Shown here: positions 13,476-25,359 of the stretch, piece after piece
How positions within the stretch are numbered: position 1 is the first letter of the stretch
How the letters are laid out: each line of letters begins with the position of its first letter
NCBI RefSeq assembly: GCF_009914755.1
Contig: NC_060927.1
DNA: 64,000 bases
Source: the human T2T-CHM13v2.0 reference genome, Homo sapiens
Direction: 5' to 3' (one strand)
Position numbers and translations under genes: made by a program
The notes under the pieces: generated by a model
Seen by the model: only the letters and a program-made list of their open reading frames with translations
Told to the model about the DNA's origin: nothing
The model's database searches: none

Positions 13476-13668
13476 TCTGAGGCTCCACTGAGTATTTCTG
13501 AAAATACAGCCTGATTGTCTGTCTCCACTGACACTCATTTCTCAGCTTCTACCTAAGAAATGACAGGGTGGAGCAAAGTTGGGGCATTAGTCCTTCCCCG
13601 GTAAACTTCACAAGCCAGAAGATGCTGGGCTCTTTCCTTCACTGTGTAGAATATATTGACCCAAACTC
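13476..13668 (-). repeat. Inverted repeat, right arm
   Basis: Reverse complement of 12274-12467. This explains the identical N-termini (MSVSGDRQSGCIFR) of ORFs 12404+ and 13538-. Confidence 0.95.
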
Positions 13669-13699
13669 ATCAGCACAGGGTATAAAACTCTTGAAAGAT

Positions 13700-14500
13700 C
13701 TTGCCCTAGTCTTATCTCCCCAATTCTCAATGCCATAATCTTCACCCCATCATGTGAAATAGCATTTATCCCTGCAAATGTACCACTGTCTCTGCCAAGA
13801 TCCTCCCCACCTTTTTCACCTGTCTCAACCTCACGTTGCCTTCAGCACTTCGCTTAGAGTCACGTTTTCTGGGCATGTCTCTGATCTTAACTGCCTAAGA
13901 CAGGAATGTCCCTCCTATGTACTCCCACAGCCCTGAAACTGCCTCTGTCACACTGTTTTTCTGGTTGCTCTGTTTCATTTATTCAACCCATCATTGGCAA
14001 GTTGTCCCTAAGTATTAGACACAGTGGTATCCACGATAAATCTTTACCCAAGTGGCACTTATGTTTTAATGAAAAAGAAAGATAAAGAATATGTATGCAG
14101 AAAATCATAAGGGCAGTATATCAAGATAGAGTGTGGCTGGGGGTTGCTATTTTAGATAAGATGTCCCCAAGGAAGTGACATTTGAGATGAGACTAAATGA
14201 TGAGAAGGCACAAACCATGGGAAGATACCTGGGAAGGTATTTCAGGCAGTGAAGATATGATTCACGTACAGCAAGTTCAAAGGCCCTGAGGCAGGTACAG
14301 ATTTAGTGGGCACCCAAATGGCAAGGAGGCTAGTGTAGTGAGCGAGCAGGAAAGTGGAACAGAATGAGGTCAGAATTGCAGTTAGAAACTGGTCCACTGG
14401 TCCAGTGAGAAGCTGGCAGTGAGAAGAATTCAGTCTCTGTTTCAAAGATTAAAGGGAAGCCATTGGAGTCTCGTAATCAAGACTGTAACATGACCTAAGC
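13700..14500. mobile_element. L2 fragments in opposite orientations (+ to ~13975, - after)
   Basis: cttagagtcacgttttctggg...cctcctatgtactcccacagc (sense); ggaagtgacatttgagatgagactaaatgatgagaagg...aaaggccctgaggcagg (antisense). Confidence 0.7.
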
Positions 14501-14504
14501 CACC

Positions 14505-15065
14505 TCTAACTCCCGTTATAGCATTTCTCAAAGGCATGCTGCCTGGAACTCAGACGGCACCAAAGCTTTGTACTCTGAATCAATGAATCAACCACCGATC
14601 TTGGGCCATGACTCCCTATCCGCGTTCTTTTAGTTCTCTCGATGCCTCGCCTGTGTGTTACACACGCGGCACCATTGGCGCCTTTCAAAGATCAGCTCCT
14701 TCCAAAGGGGAAATGTCTGTGAAGAGCAGAAACTGACAAGCCACTCCAAGGTGTTTCATATGCTCCCAAAACAGTGAGCACAAACACAGTCGGCTTACCT
14801 CCTGTTCTTTCTGTACCCACTTGAGCTACACTGTAACTAAACCAATGAATAGCCCAAGAAGATATTTCAAGATTTTTGCAGTTAGTGACTGTCATAAAAT
14901 GAGCATTTCTGTCATCATGACATATGACTGAGCCACAGCAGACTGCGCTGTACCCATCACAGCTCTTTTGTCTTTGACTTATGAGCACTCCAGGAGAAAC
15001 TCAATCTCCTTAGCGGGGCATGCCTTCCTGTTCCCCATGCCAGCGGCAGTGGAGGGAAGTGCCAG
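14505..15065. promoter_or_regulatory. Candidate regulatory element with retained CpGs
   Basis: Non-repeat block with visibly more CpGs than its flanks (ccgcg, cgcggc, ggcgcc), a TCF/LEF-like TTCAAAG and a HOX/CDX-like GTCATAAAA (14891). Confidence 0.35.
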
Positions 15066-15074
15066 ACAGAATGG

Positions 15075-15240
15075 ACCCAGCTCCATCTTCTGCCATTTGG
15101 GAGGCTTTGAGCAAGTAAACCTTTCTAGGCCTCACTTTTCACAATTATAAAAATGAATGAAAGTAAACCACACCTTTCTCATAATGTGTATGATATGAAT
15201 AAGGCCTATGAAGTATATGCCATAGATACACTGTTAACAT
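15075..15240 (+). mobile_element. MIR
   Basis: tttgagcaagtaaacctttctaggcctcacttttcacaattataaaatg. Confidence 0.65.
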
Positions 15241-15659
15241 AGGTTGGGTGGGGGCTGTAGGACTGTGCTGGGGCTCTGACCTGGTGGCATCCTCAGCTGC
15301 ACCCAGCCCAAAGGCCTATTGTGGAAAGATGACTTTCTCTCTCTCTTCCTCCTCCCTCTCCTTCTCTCTCTTACCCTTGCACTTTTTTGTTGGATCCTTC
15401 CCTCTCCTCCCACCCTCACATCTAAATTTTCTTTCCTTCCCTCTTTCCTGAATTACAGTAGATCTAAGTACCTTTTCACTTAATAACAGGCCCCACCACC
15501 ACTGGTTTCCTTAAATCTCACCTTTTTTAAGTATTTGGTTTTGATTTTTATTTTTTCTTTGTTCTTTTTTTTGTTTGTTTTGTTTTGTGGTAAGAACACT
15601 TAAGCTAAGATCTACACACTTAGCAAAGTTTCAAGTGTATAATCCTGGCCTATGTTACT

Positions 15660-16405
15660 TTCCCTGTGTTACCTAAAGAAAGTATAATGAACTGGATATA
15701 GTTCTGAAGGCTAGAAGTCTGAAATCAAGGTGGCAGCAGGGCCATGCCTCCTCTGAAGCCTGTAGTAGAGGTCCTTCATGTTCTTTCAGCTTCTGGCAGC
15801 CCCAGGTGATTCTTGACTTGTAGCTCCATCATTCCCATCTCTGCTTCTGTCTTCATTCATGTGGCCTTCCCCCTCTGTGTCTACCTGCCTGTGTCCAAGT
15901 TTTCTTCTTCTTATAAGGATGCCAATCACTAGATTAGGGCCCACCCTCATCCAGTATGATTTCATTCTAACTTGGTTATATCTGCAAAGATCCGACTTCT
16001 GAATAAGGTCATATTCACAGATAGAGAGGATTCGAATTTTGTTTTGTTTTTGTTTCTGTTTTTTTTTTTTTTTGAGACAATCTTGCTTTGTCACCCAGGC
16101 TGGAGTGCAGTGGAGTGGTGAGATCTTGGCTCACTGCAACCTCTGCCTCCAGGTTCAAGCGATTCTTCTTCCTCAACCTCCTGAGTAGCTGAGATTACAG
16201 GCACCCACTACCATGCCTGGCTAATTTTCGTATTTTTAGTAGAGATGGAGTTTGACCACGTTGGCCAGGCTGGTCTCGAACTCCTGACCTCAAGTGATCC
16301 CACCCGCCTCAGTCTCCCAAAGTGCTGAGATTACAGGTGTGAGCCACCGTGCCTGGCCAGGATTTCACTATATCTTTTCAGGGGACACAATCCAATCTAT
16401 AATGT
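15660..16405 (-). mobile_element. MLT1 (MaLR) LTR interrupted by an Alu
   Basis: gttctgaaggctagaagtctgaaatcaaggtg...gattagggcccaccctcatccagtatga...aataaggtcatattcacag; resumes with ggggacacaatccaatctataa. Confidence 0.85.
16037..16358 (-). mobile_element. AluS, full length
   Basis: T-rich tail, both arms, ctcctgacctcaagtgatcc. Confidence 0.95.
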
Positions 16406-16424
16406 GGCCCCTGTCAAACTCCAA

Positions 16425-16635
16425 GTAGTATTAAGAGTTCGGAGCTCTAGAGCAGATATGAGTGTAAATCCAGGTTCTACCTCCACTTTCTACAGCACCC
16501 TTGAATGAGTTCTCTGATCAGAATTTGAGTTTTCTCATCTTAAAACAGGGAAAATAATAGCCAGCTCAGAGAGTAGTTCAAGGATTAGTACCAAATAAAA
16601 TTATTTGAATAATGCATGTTAACAGCATAATAATT
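16425..16635 (+). mobile_element. MIR
   Basis: ttaagagttcggagctctagagcaga...gttttctcatcttaaaacagggaaaataatag. Confidence 0.7.
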
Positions 16636-16715
16636 GTAAAACTGCAACAGAAAGAAAGGTATAAAACAGAATTTGCTCCTGGGATGCTCTCAATTGGAAG
16701 AGCCACGGATGCTTT

Positions 16716-16748
<33 letters not shown>

Positions 16749-17384
16749 CAATGGGTAGAGTTTGCCTTGAGACATCCACCCACTCATTGCCTGGGAAGTG
16801 GAAACACACATTTAGTTAAGTAGCTGATGGGAACAAAAACAAGGGCATTCCTAAGAGCCATCCGCAGAGTCTCTTCTTTACTGAAAGTAAGCAGAGAGAG
16901 CCACTTGCATCAGGCCTTGTGATGCAAAATTGAAAGGCAAAACCAATCTCAGCTAAGCATGCATTTCTGTTTTTGTTTTTGAGTTTTTAAAATCCCATTT
17001 CAATGAATATGTATTGCCAAGGTTATCTAGTGAAAGAAACTGGGATGGAGAACAAAACACTCTACAGAGCTGTGCCATCCAGAAGGCTTGGAATTAACCT
17101 GAAGGCTTTATTAAACAAATCAAACTGGGGGAGGAGATATTTGCACAAGGCCTTTTCACACATATCTAGTAAAGAGTAGGACAACTGAGGCAACTCTTTC
17201 CATATCTCAAAACAAAGAATAAAATCCAACTGGGTCTCTTCAGTTATCTCAACTTCCCAGATTTAAACAGTCATGTGAAAAGTGCCAGTTATCTTCTAAA
17301 CTGTGTGTGTGCCAACAAGGCCAAGAGTGATAAACAGAACTTGACAAAGACGTGAATTTCTAGAAATGTCCCCTATTACCTTGC

Positions 17385-17542
17385 TACATTGAATGTTTGG
17401 ATTGTCGACCAGCAGCATCATTGTCACCAGGGGCTTGTTAGAAATGCATTCACTTAGGTTCCATTGCAGATTGAGTCAGAATCTGCATTCTAGCAAGATC
17501 CCCAGGTGATTCCTCTACACATTACAGTTTGAAACATGCTCT
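17385..17542. mobile_element. MER5A
   Basis: gaccagcagcatc...gcttgttagaaatgca...tcagaatctgcattctagcaagatccccaggtgattc. Confidence 0.8.
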
Positions 17543-18097
17543 TTGGCACAAGTTTGCTCTCCCAATCTGCCTAATGCTGACTTTGTGTGCATATATCTAC
17601 TCAGCAGCCTGGTTGTACCAGCCAAGAGCCCACCAGCACGTAATTTCCTCTGTGGATAAATCCTCTATCCAAGAACAGTTTGGGTCCTGTAACAGAGTCC
17701 ATTTCCTTGCGAGACCAAAGGACACCATCAAAAACCAGAGGTCTATTGGTGCAACAGTGTTGAACTGGAACATAGCTTTGTTCCCACCTATGAAGGTTTG
17801 CAGGTGCAAAATGCTAAATTGATCTTGTTCTCATGCCAATGGCAATGAACAGTCACCCATCTGGTAGCTTCTCTTCCCAGCCAAAGCAATGGCTGAACCA
17901 AGGCTTCTCCTTGCCAAAATCATGGCATTCAAGGCTCTTGCAGGAACATAGACATGCCTTCGATTTGGGAGATAAATAGCCGATTCTTCTCACTTTCAGC
18001 TTTAGTAAGGATTGAAGGAATTCTCACTGCATGACCCAATAGGAAATTATCTGTATCACATCTTCTACTCTATCTATGACAAAAGGAAAGCAATGGT

Positions 18098-18394
18098 GGC
18101 TGGGTGCAGTGGCTCACACCTGCAATCCCAATACTTCAGGGGGGCAAGGGTGGAGGATTACTTGAGGCCAAGAGTTCAAAACCAGCCTGGTCAACATAGC
18201 AAGACCCCATCTCTACAAAAATAAAAAATAAATGAATAAAAATTTAGTCAGACATGGTGACATGTGCCTGTAGTCCCAACTACTTAGGAGGCTGAGGCAA
18301 AAGGATCACTTGGACCCAGGAGTTCAAGGCTTTAGTGAGCGACCATCATGCCACTGCACTCCACGCCATAGCATGACCCTGTCTCAAAACAAAT
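18098..18394 (+). mobile_element. AluJ
   Basis: Both arms with AluJ-type gcaagaccccatctctacaaaa; TSD aaagcaatgg at 18087 and 18395. Confidence 0.92.
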
Positions 18395-18414
18395 AAAGCA
18401 ATGGAGGAAAGAGA

Positions 18415-18690
18415 TGGTAACATATATTTACTAAGGACTGACATACTAATAGTGAGTGCTTACTAAATGTCTACTAAGTGTCTGTGTTTACTAAGTACTT
18501 TACTTATATAATCCTCAGAACCACTAAGTAGGTTCCATTGTTGTTCTTATTAAAGAGCTAAACAAACTCTTATTGAATAGTACAGAGAGTTTAACCAGCC
18601 TGCCAAAGTCACACAGTAAATCACAGAACAGGGATTCAGACCCCGCACACTTGGGTTCCTGAATCTCACATATGAACACTCCACTCATGT
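18415..18690 (-). mobile_element. MIR with a locally expanded 3' end
   Basis: tacagagagtttaaccagcctgccaaagtcacacagtaaa...gggattcagaccc. Confidence 0.7.
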
Positions 18691-20929
18691 ATCTGGCATA
18701 CACAGAGAGAAATAAGTGCAACATAAAGGTTTCCAATTCAGCCTTCTTTAGTTTTTGAATCATTTGTCTCCTTCCTATTTCTTCTTCACTTGCTACTGCA
18801 GGTATTTGTCTCTTCTCCCACTCTGCTCATTTCCACCTCCTCCTAAAAAGAGGCTGCAGGGATTCAGCAGCCCTTCCCTAACCCAAGCCAGGTTCTCCTC
18901 CCCAGTGTTATTCTCACCCCCTTCTAATTCCTTACCAGCCTCCTCTCCTGCACCACCAGGCTCTCCTCTCCCAAGGAACCTATCACCTGTCTTGAATGCA
19001 GGGGTATCTGAGAAAACCCAACATCTAATTCAAAGGTCTGGAGCTTTGGCCAATAGAGAGCTTTCTAATCATGCTGTGGGGGGGTGTTTTCCTAGTTCAG
19101 AGACATATGGGATGGATGTATCCATGTCCATTTGCATTCTGCTAATGGCACACAAGCTGTCTCCTTCTTACAATCCATTCTAAAGCATCTACTCCTTTGG
19201 CCAGCAATTCCCCACACTCGTTCCATAACTAACTTGTTCCACAACCTAAGGGCTGGGATACAATTAGTGCCCTCGTTTCCCTTTCTTTCTGCCTACAGGG
19301 AAAATAATACTTTTCAGAATATAGATTAGAGTTTGTAAACTGAACATTATCCAATACTATTTCCAGCAAAAGTGATACCAATATTTAGTACTTGTCAACA
19401 TTTCAAAGCCAGGGGCATATATTAACAAATGGGAAAGCATCTATAGGTTTCTATGAGAAAGAAAATATGGCATGGACAAAACAGTGACTGAGTTTTTTCA
19501 TACAGTGTCACAGAGGATGCAAAAATAGAATGAAATTAACAGCCCCAGTCTAGCCTGAATACCTAACATTTGGACATCCTACTCCCATGGGTTGAATGAT
19601 GCTGCTGATTGATTTTGTTTTTATGGTTGGCTCTGTTACAGAAATTGACATTTGGGCTGTATTTACAGGACATCAGTACAGTCAGTTGAAAAGTAAGCAG
19701 ATTCATGCAAACCAATTCCAATAACATTTTGATTAAGTAGTGAGCAAGGGAAATTGTGTGCTTGAGATTTATTGAATTTTCTGGTTGACCTGGGGTTACC
19801 TGAATCCTCCCTTTGTTTCATTTCACAGGATTGAAATCCTTATTTTCAAAAATATATCACTGTACTCTGTTTACTTGATGAGGCAGGCTGAGTGTTATCT
19901 ATTTTTGCTCAGGTGGGAATTCTGAAAGGGCCTCTGGTTCACTTTTCTGACCACTGGTGCTAATTGTACAAAGACTGTAAGTGTGGAAGGATAGAATACT
20001 GCACATCTTCCTGGGATTGTCTTAATTTCTTCAAACTAGATAGTTTTTCCCTTCCTTTTTTTTCAAAATGGTGATTTTGACACACTTTCTTCTTTCCCAT
20101 CTAAAAATGGATGAATTATAGATGGGTCAATTTTAGTTTTCATTTTGAAATCACCAAAAAACAGACAGAAAAGACTTCCAAAACTTACTTCTTAAAAAAA
20201 ATTAAATCACACAAAGTTATTTTCCAGTAGACAGAACCACAGCACAACCCTATTGCTGACTGAAGTTTTAGAAAGCTAAAATCAGGTTGATTTAAAAAAA
20301 AAATTGCACAGGTGGTTGCGGAAGGTCTAGAAAATGCTGGTATATATTTTTTCTCCACCAGAAAACAGAGTCAGCCATCCTGCCACAGGGTTTTCAAATA
20401 CATCATCTCTGTGAGCTGGTCCTTAGGGAGGCAATGGATATACTATTTTGAAAGCAGAAATTAGAAATTATAACCAGCTAAACGGAAACCTGGATTCAAA
20501 TACAAAGTGGCCAAAGATAAATCAAACTCCTGTCCCATCAACTGATATGTCTTTGTTTCTTGATATCTGTTGGCAACCTCTAGCTAGCCAGGTGCAATGG
20601 CCCACCAGCAACAGGAAGGGAGAGTCTCCAGTACTAGACAGAAATGAGATTCTATGCCCCAGTATGAGATCTTTCAGAGGCAGGGAGGAAGGAGAGAGTA
20701 TTCAAGATAGACAATTCTGCCAGAGATGCTTACTATGGACAAACTCTGTTCTCTGCTTTTCAAACCCATACCTGTGTGTTATCAGAATCACTCACTGTGG
20801 CATCAGAGGTATGGTAGTACATTTCAGAAGAAAGGACCTTACATGTCATTAAATCTGCTCAGTTCCTTCACCCTTCTGCCTTACAATATTTCCATTTTCC
20901 AAGATGATGCGGACTAGCAAGAGTGACAT

Positions 20930-21170
20930 CGCCTATTAAAAGAAGAGGTTTGCAGGGTTCACATGAACTCTGGAGTCAGATGGCCTAGCTCAGCCAACCC
21001 TGGGGCCTTGGGAGTTATACTTAACCTCTCTGTGCCTCTCTTTTCCTATCTGCAAAATGGGAGAATGAAAGCATCTTCTCAGGGAGTTGATGAGGCAGTC
21101 TGTGCATAGCACTTAGTACCATGTCTGAGCATAGGACACGCTCTGTAAATGTTAACCATCACTATTGTTA
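20930..21170 (+). mobile_element. MIR
   Basis: actctggagtcaga...cttaacctctctgtgcctc...tctgcaaaatgggag...agcacttagtacc. Confidence 0.85.
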
Positions 21171-22450
21171 AGCAAACGCTCTTTCATCAACCATGTAATA
21201 TAATCCCTTCCCTTCCCATTTTAAATAGTCCTTGAGAACAGTCCAGCTTCATCCCATTCTTCCTTCCCCTGTATATTTTTCTCACAATAAACAAATGAAC
21301 CCTATAACTCACTGACTGTTTATAAAGGGTTTAGGTATAACAAAAGAGAAGGCCTTGAACCCAGGCAACACTAAAAAGACTGCAGAAAAATAATCCCTGC
21401 CTCCAGGAGAGCTCAGACTTGGAAATACGGCATTAATAGAATATAGCCAAAAAAGAGAAAATTATTCACTTAGATAGCAGGGAGTTGGAAATTGAGACAC
21501 CTCACCCACAGCACACCAAGAGTACAATCAGACATAAAAATAGAAATTTAAAAAGCCAGAAGCCACCCAGTCAGAAGACCAGGCCTACCTGGGGAGGAGA
21601 CTTATCCAAAGACCATCTGCCAAGTCAACAGTCTAGACTTCCTAGTTGGGAGGTGGTTGACATATTGGCCTCCAGGTCTGCTTCAGGAAACAACTCCCTG
21701 GGCATAAGGTCATGCAGGACTGATTTTTCAGACGTCACTGCCTCTAGAACAGCAGGGTCTTTGGTGATGATCTTGCTGACATTGGAGACTTTGGTATATT
21801 CATAAGTGGTTTAGTTCTTGTCCCAGCTTAGAAGTCTCTTGAAGGCTGGTGCAATGTCTCATATGTTTGTGCATCTATCACAGCACTAGAACCTGGTATG
21901 ATTCATATTGGAGATTTGGTAAATATTTATTGCCTGATATTTTACCTCATTCTCCCAATGAGATGGGTGGTTGTGGTAATGGTGTGAATTTTATGATGGC
22001 TTGAGGTGACAGACCCAAGGGTATGGTGACTACCCCAGGGAACGCTATTTGGAAGTACTTGTCAGAAAATACAGTGTTTTTCTCCCTAGTAACACAACAA
22101 CCCTGCTTGTCCTAGACAGCCTGGATATTAAGAATTATCCATGTTGCTGCCACCAAAAACTGGAAGTGTCTCCAAAAGTAAAATATTTCTTTATCCAAAC
22201 TCAATAATCTAGAGATAGATGGCCATTCTCTGAAGTGATATGAAGATCTACTATCTAATTGTGCCCCTGCGTTTTCTTTGCAAAAATATAGTCTTCTTAC
22301 ATACTATCACAGTTTTGGAAAGCTCCTCACTAAAGGCCTAAGGGATTGTATTGAAGATCAATTTCAGAGTTTAGACCTCTCTAGTAAGGAATAGCAAAGG
22401 CTGGCAATCCCATGTCTTGCATCAATTTCATGTTGAAATGGTAACCTACA

Positions 22451-22697
22451 GCTGGGCGCGGTGGCTCATGCCTGTAATCCCAGCACTTTGGGAGGCCGAG
22501 GCTGGCGGATCATGAGGTCAGGAGATCGAGACCATCCTGGCTAACACAGTGAAACCCCATCTCTACTAAAAGTGCAAAAAATTAGCCTGGCGTGGTGGCA
22601 GGCACATGTAGTCCCAGCTACTCGGGAGGCTGAGACAGGAGAATGGCATAAACCTGAGAGGCGGAGCTTGCAGTGAGCCAAGATTGCACCACTGGGC

Positions 22698-22737
<40 letters not shown>
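22451..22737 (+). mobile_element. AluY-like element whose tail is replaced by (AC)19
   Basis: gaggtcaggagatcgagaccatcctggctaacacagtgaaacc; 16 bp TSD gaaatg[g/a]taacctaca at 22435 and 22738; (AC)19 at 22699-22736. Confidence 0.95.
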
Positions 22738-22741
<4 letters not shown>

Positions 22742-22919
22742 TGATAACCTACAAAAGGAGTTCAGCCTATAAAACAAGGACTTCCAGTTGAGTTTTTATA
22801 CGGTCACCCTTCTGAATTTCATTGTCTCATACAGATGACTAGCTTTTGATAATAATTATGATGGTGGAATCATAAAGTAAATGAAGATAATGGTTGTAGT
22901 AGTGGTGGTGGTGATGATG

Positions 22920-23155
22920 GTCATAATAAGAGTATATTCTTAAATGTCCAGCACTGTGCTACACACTTCACATACAGCATCACACTGGATCCTCCCAACA
23001 ATCACTATTATCATTTTCCTCATCTTATAGACAGTTTAAAGGCAAGAAACCTGAAACTTGACAATCTCTCACAAGATCACAGCAAAGCTGGGATTTAAAT
23101 CCAGGAACTTTGACATGAGCAGCCTCACCTTAACTATGACTTCATACTGCCTCTC
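22920..23155 (-). mobile_element. MIR
   Basis: cagcactgtgctacacacttcacatac...gctgggatttaaatccagg. Confidence 0.7.
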
Positions 23156-23829
23156 ACATTGTGACCTGGGCAATACCATCTCCTTTTTTTGAGGAATGTA
23201 AAAGTTAGGCAATCTTCAACTTTTTTTTTTCCTCCAGCCATAACCATTTCTCAAAATTTCAAGAGAAATGTAAAATTGGCCTGTGATTACATTCTTTATT
23301 TCAGATCTTCCCTCCAAGCCCAAACAAATCCTGCATTTATGTTTCAAAGCGTGTCCTGCACTGGTCCCCTCAGGAAGAAGGAAGGTGATGTTGAATAGTG
23401 GAATCTTACCTGCCAGGCTTTGCTGCCAGGGGGTATCACTGCCTAAAAGGGGGCTCCTCAGTCTCCCAGAATCCAAATATCCGTGCTAACAATTCCCCTG
23501 AATGAGTGCTCCCTGAGCACTTTACAGCATTTGCAGCTTCCTGCAACAACTTGAACATTCATGGAAGCTGGGGAGATAGAATTTCAGAAAAGAAATCAAG
23601 AGGTGATAGGTGCTAAAGATAAAAAGAACTGAGCAACAATGATGTTGTCCATAACTTTTTGGTACTTACTATCCAGCCATGTCTGGCACATAGTAGACAG
23701 CTGGAAAATGTTTGTTGAATGAGAATTACCTCTGGCTCCTGATGTCAGCCCCTCCTCTCATAGCCCTCTCTTGTCTTACCAAAACGATGATTCAGAAAAG
23801 GCGGGGATATCTGAAATTGCACTGGATGT

Positions 23830-23985
23830 GTTCCTTAACCTCTCTTAGCCTCAGATCTACTTTGGTAAAGTAGAGATAATGCTGGTACCTACTTCATAGA
23901 GCTTGCTGGAAGGATTAAAAGGGCCCATGAATATGAAATGCTTAGCACTATTTCTAGCACATAGTAAATGCTCAACAGATGCTAC
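23830..23985 (+). mobile_element. MIR
   Basis: cttaacctctcttagcctcag...gtacctacttcatag...aggattaaa...gcacatagtaaatgctcaa. Confidence 0.8.
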
Positions 23986-25139
23986 TACATTCAGAGCACA
24001 AGTGTTTGTACTGTTTATTGCATCATCTAGGACTCATGCTTAAGTTCTTAACAGGATCCATATTTAACCTCTTAATTTCTAGGAACAAAAACTATCAAGA
24101 GAAAATTTTGTTGGTATTCCTTATTTTGGCAATATTGGTTTTTTCATAAAGATTCATCCCACACAGTTTTCAGTTTTTGGTCAAATTGTATAAGGTAGAC
24201 CCCTCTTTGAGATGTAACAAGTTGTTTTGGGTGTTGGATACATAACGTTTCTGGGGGAATGTGGGATTCTCAGTGATAACTGCTGAGTCTGTTTGATAAC
24301 CAACCTGGGCCATATGGGCTCAATGTGTATGTACAGACATACGCCAGAGATGTGCATGGATAGCTTTGGTTGTAGTCTTTTTGACAGCATCAGCTTGGTA
24401 GTTCTCCCAGTCTTCACTTGATCAGTGCAGACATAGATCAATTCTTCACTGCAAAATTGAGTAGTGAATAAATAAACTTACTTCAGCTAACCTAACTGAC
24501 ATTCTTCTAGCACTAATCAGTAGATATCCAATTTATTAAACCAAAATGAATAAAATATATAAATAAATGCTCATTTATAGTCTCCAGTGACTGATTTTGC
24601 AAATGGTGTCACATCACTACAATGAGGTTCTCAAACTCAATGATTCCCAGTTCCAGTATTGCACAGAGTTGACATGGTTGTATGCAAGACTAGCGGGGCC
24701 ATTGATTATGTGCACACACAATACTATTCTATAGAATAAGAAACTGTCATTTTTGGCAATTCCCTGCTTTCCCCTTTGAGTCCACTTGAATCATACAACC
24801 TCTCAAAGCACAAGATTTCGAGGTCACACTTTCACAGAGGTGGAACAGTGGCTAATGATGACAGTATGCGTGGATGGAAGTGGAAATACGTTGACAAACA
24901 TTTGACAGATTCCTTTTTCAATCAATGGATGGAATGTACTAGGTGCTCTGACATCTCCTTAAACCTCTCAAGGACAGTTGCTGGCACCCTAACAGTGTCA
25001 AAAAACCAAACAACGAATTTAGTTTCATTTTATAGGCAGGCTGACCTGCTTTGGAAGGACCCCTTTCTGTCAAGAGAAAAGTACTTGAAAACACGTATCA
25101 GTGTTATATGTGTGTGCAGAGAAATTTTCCATATGCATT

Positions 25140-25350
25140 CAGAAGATTAAGCATAGCTAAAATATATTGAGTACAAATTTTACCAAGTCCTGTTCTAGTT
25201 CGTTAAATACAGTAACTCCTTCAATCCTTAGAAAAACCTTAGAGTTGTTATACTATAGTACTATTACTTTGTCCATTTTTCAGATGAGAAAATCAAGCCA
25301 TGAAGAGATAAAGTAACTTGGCCAGGGTCATACAGCTGAATGGTGACAAT
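25140..25350 (-). mobile_element. MIR
   Basis: ccatttttcagatgagaaaatcaagcc...aagtaacttggccagggtcatacagct. Confidence 0.8.
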
Positions 25351-25359
25351 CCTTGTGTC

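Noticed and set aside
12404-13538. Two ORFs with identical N-termini (MSVSGDRQSGCIFR) as a gene pair
   Set aside because: A direct consequence of the inverted repeat; the ORFs diverge as soon as the repeat ends.
12274-13668. Inverted repeat as the TIRs of a DNA transposon
   Set aside because: No target-site duplication at the outer ends, no known TIR terminus and no transposase remnant. The identity is too high for extinct primate DNA transposons unless conversion occurred.
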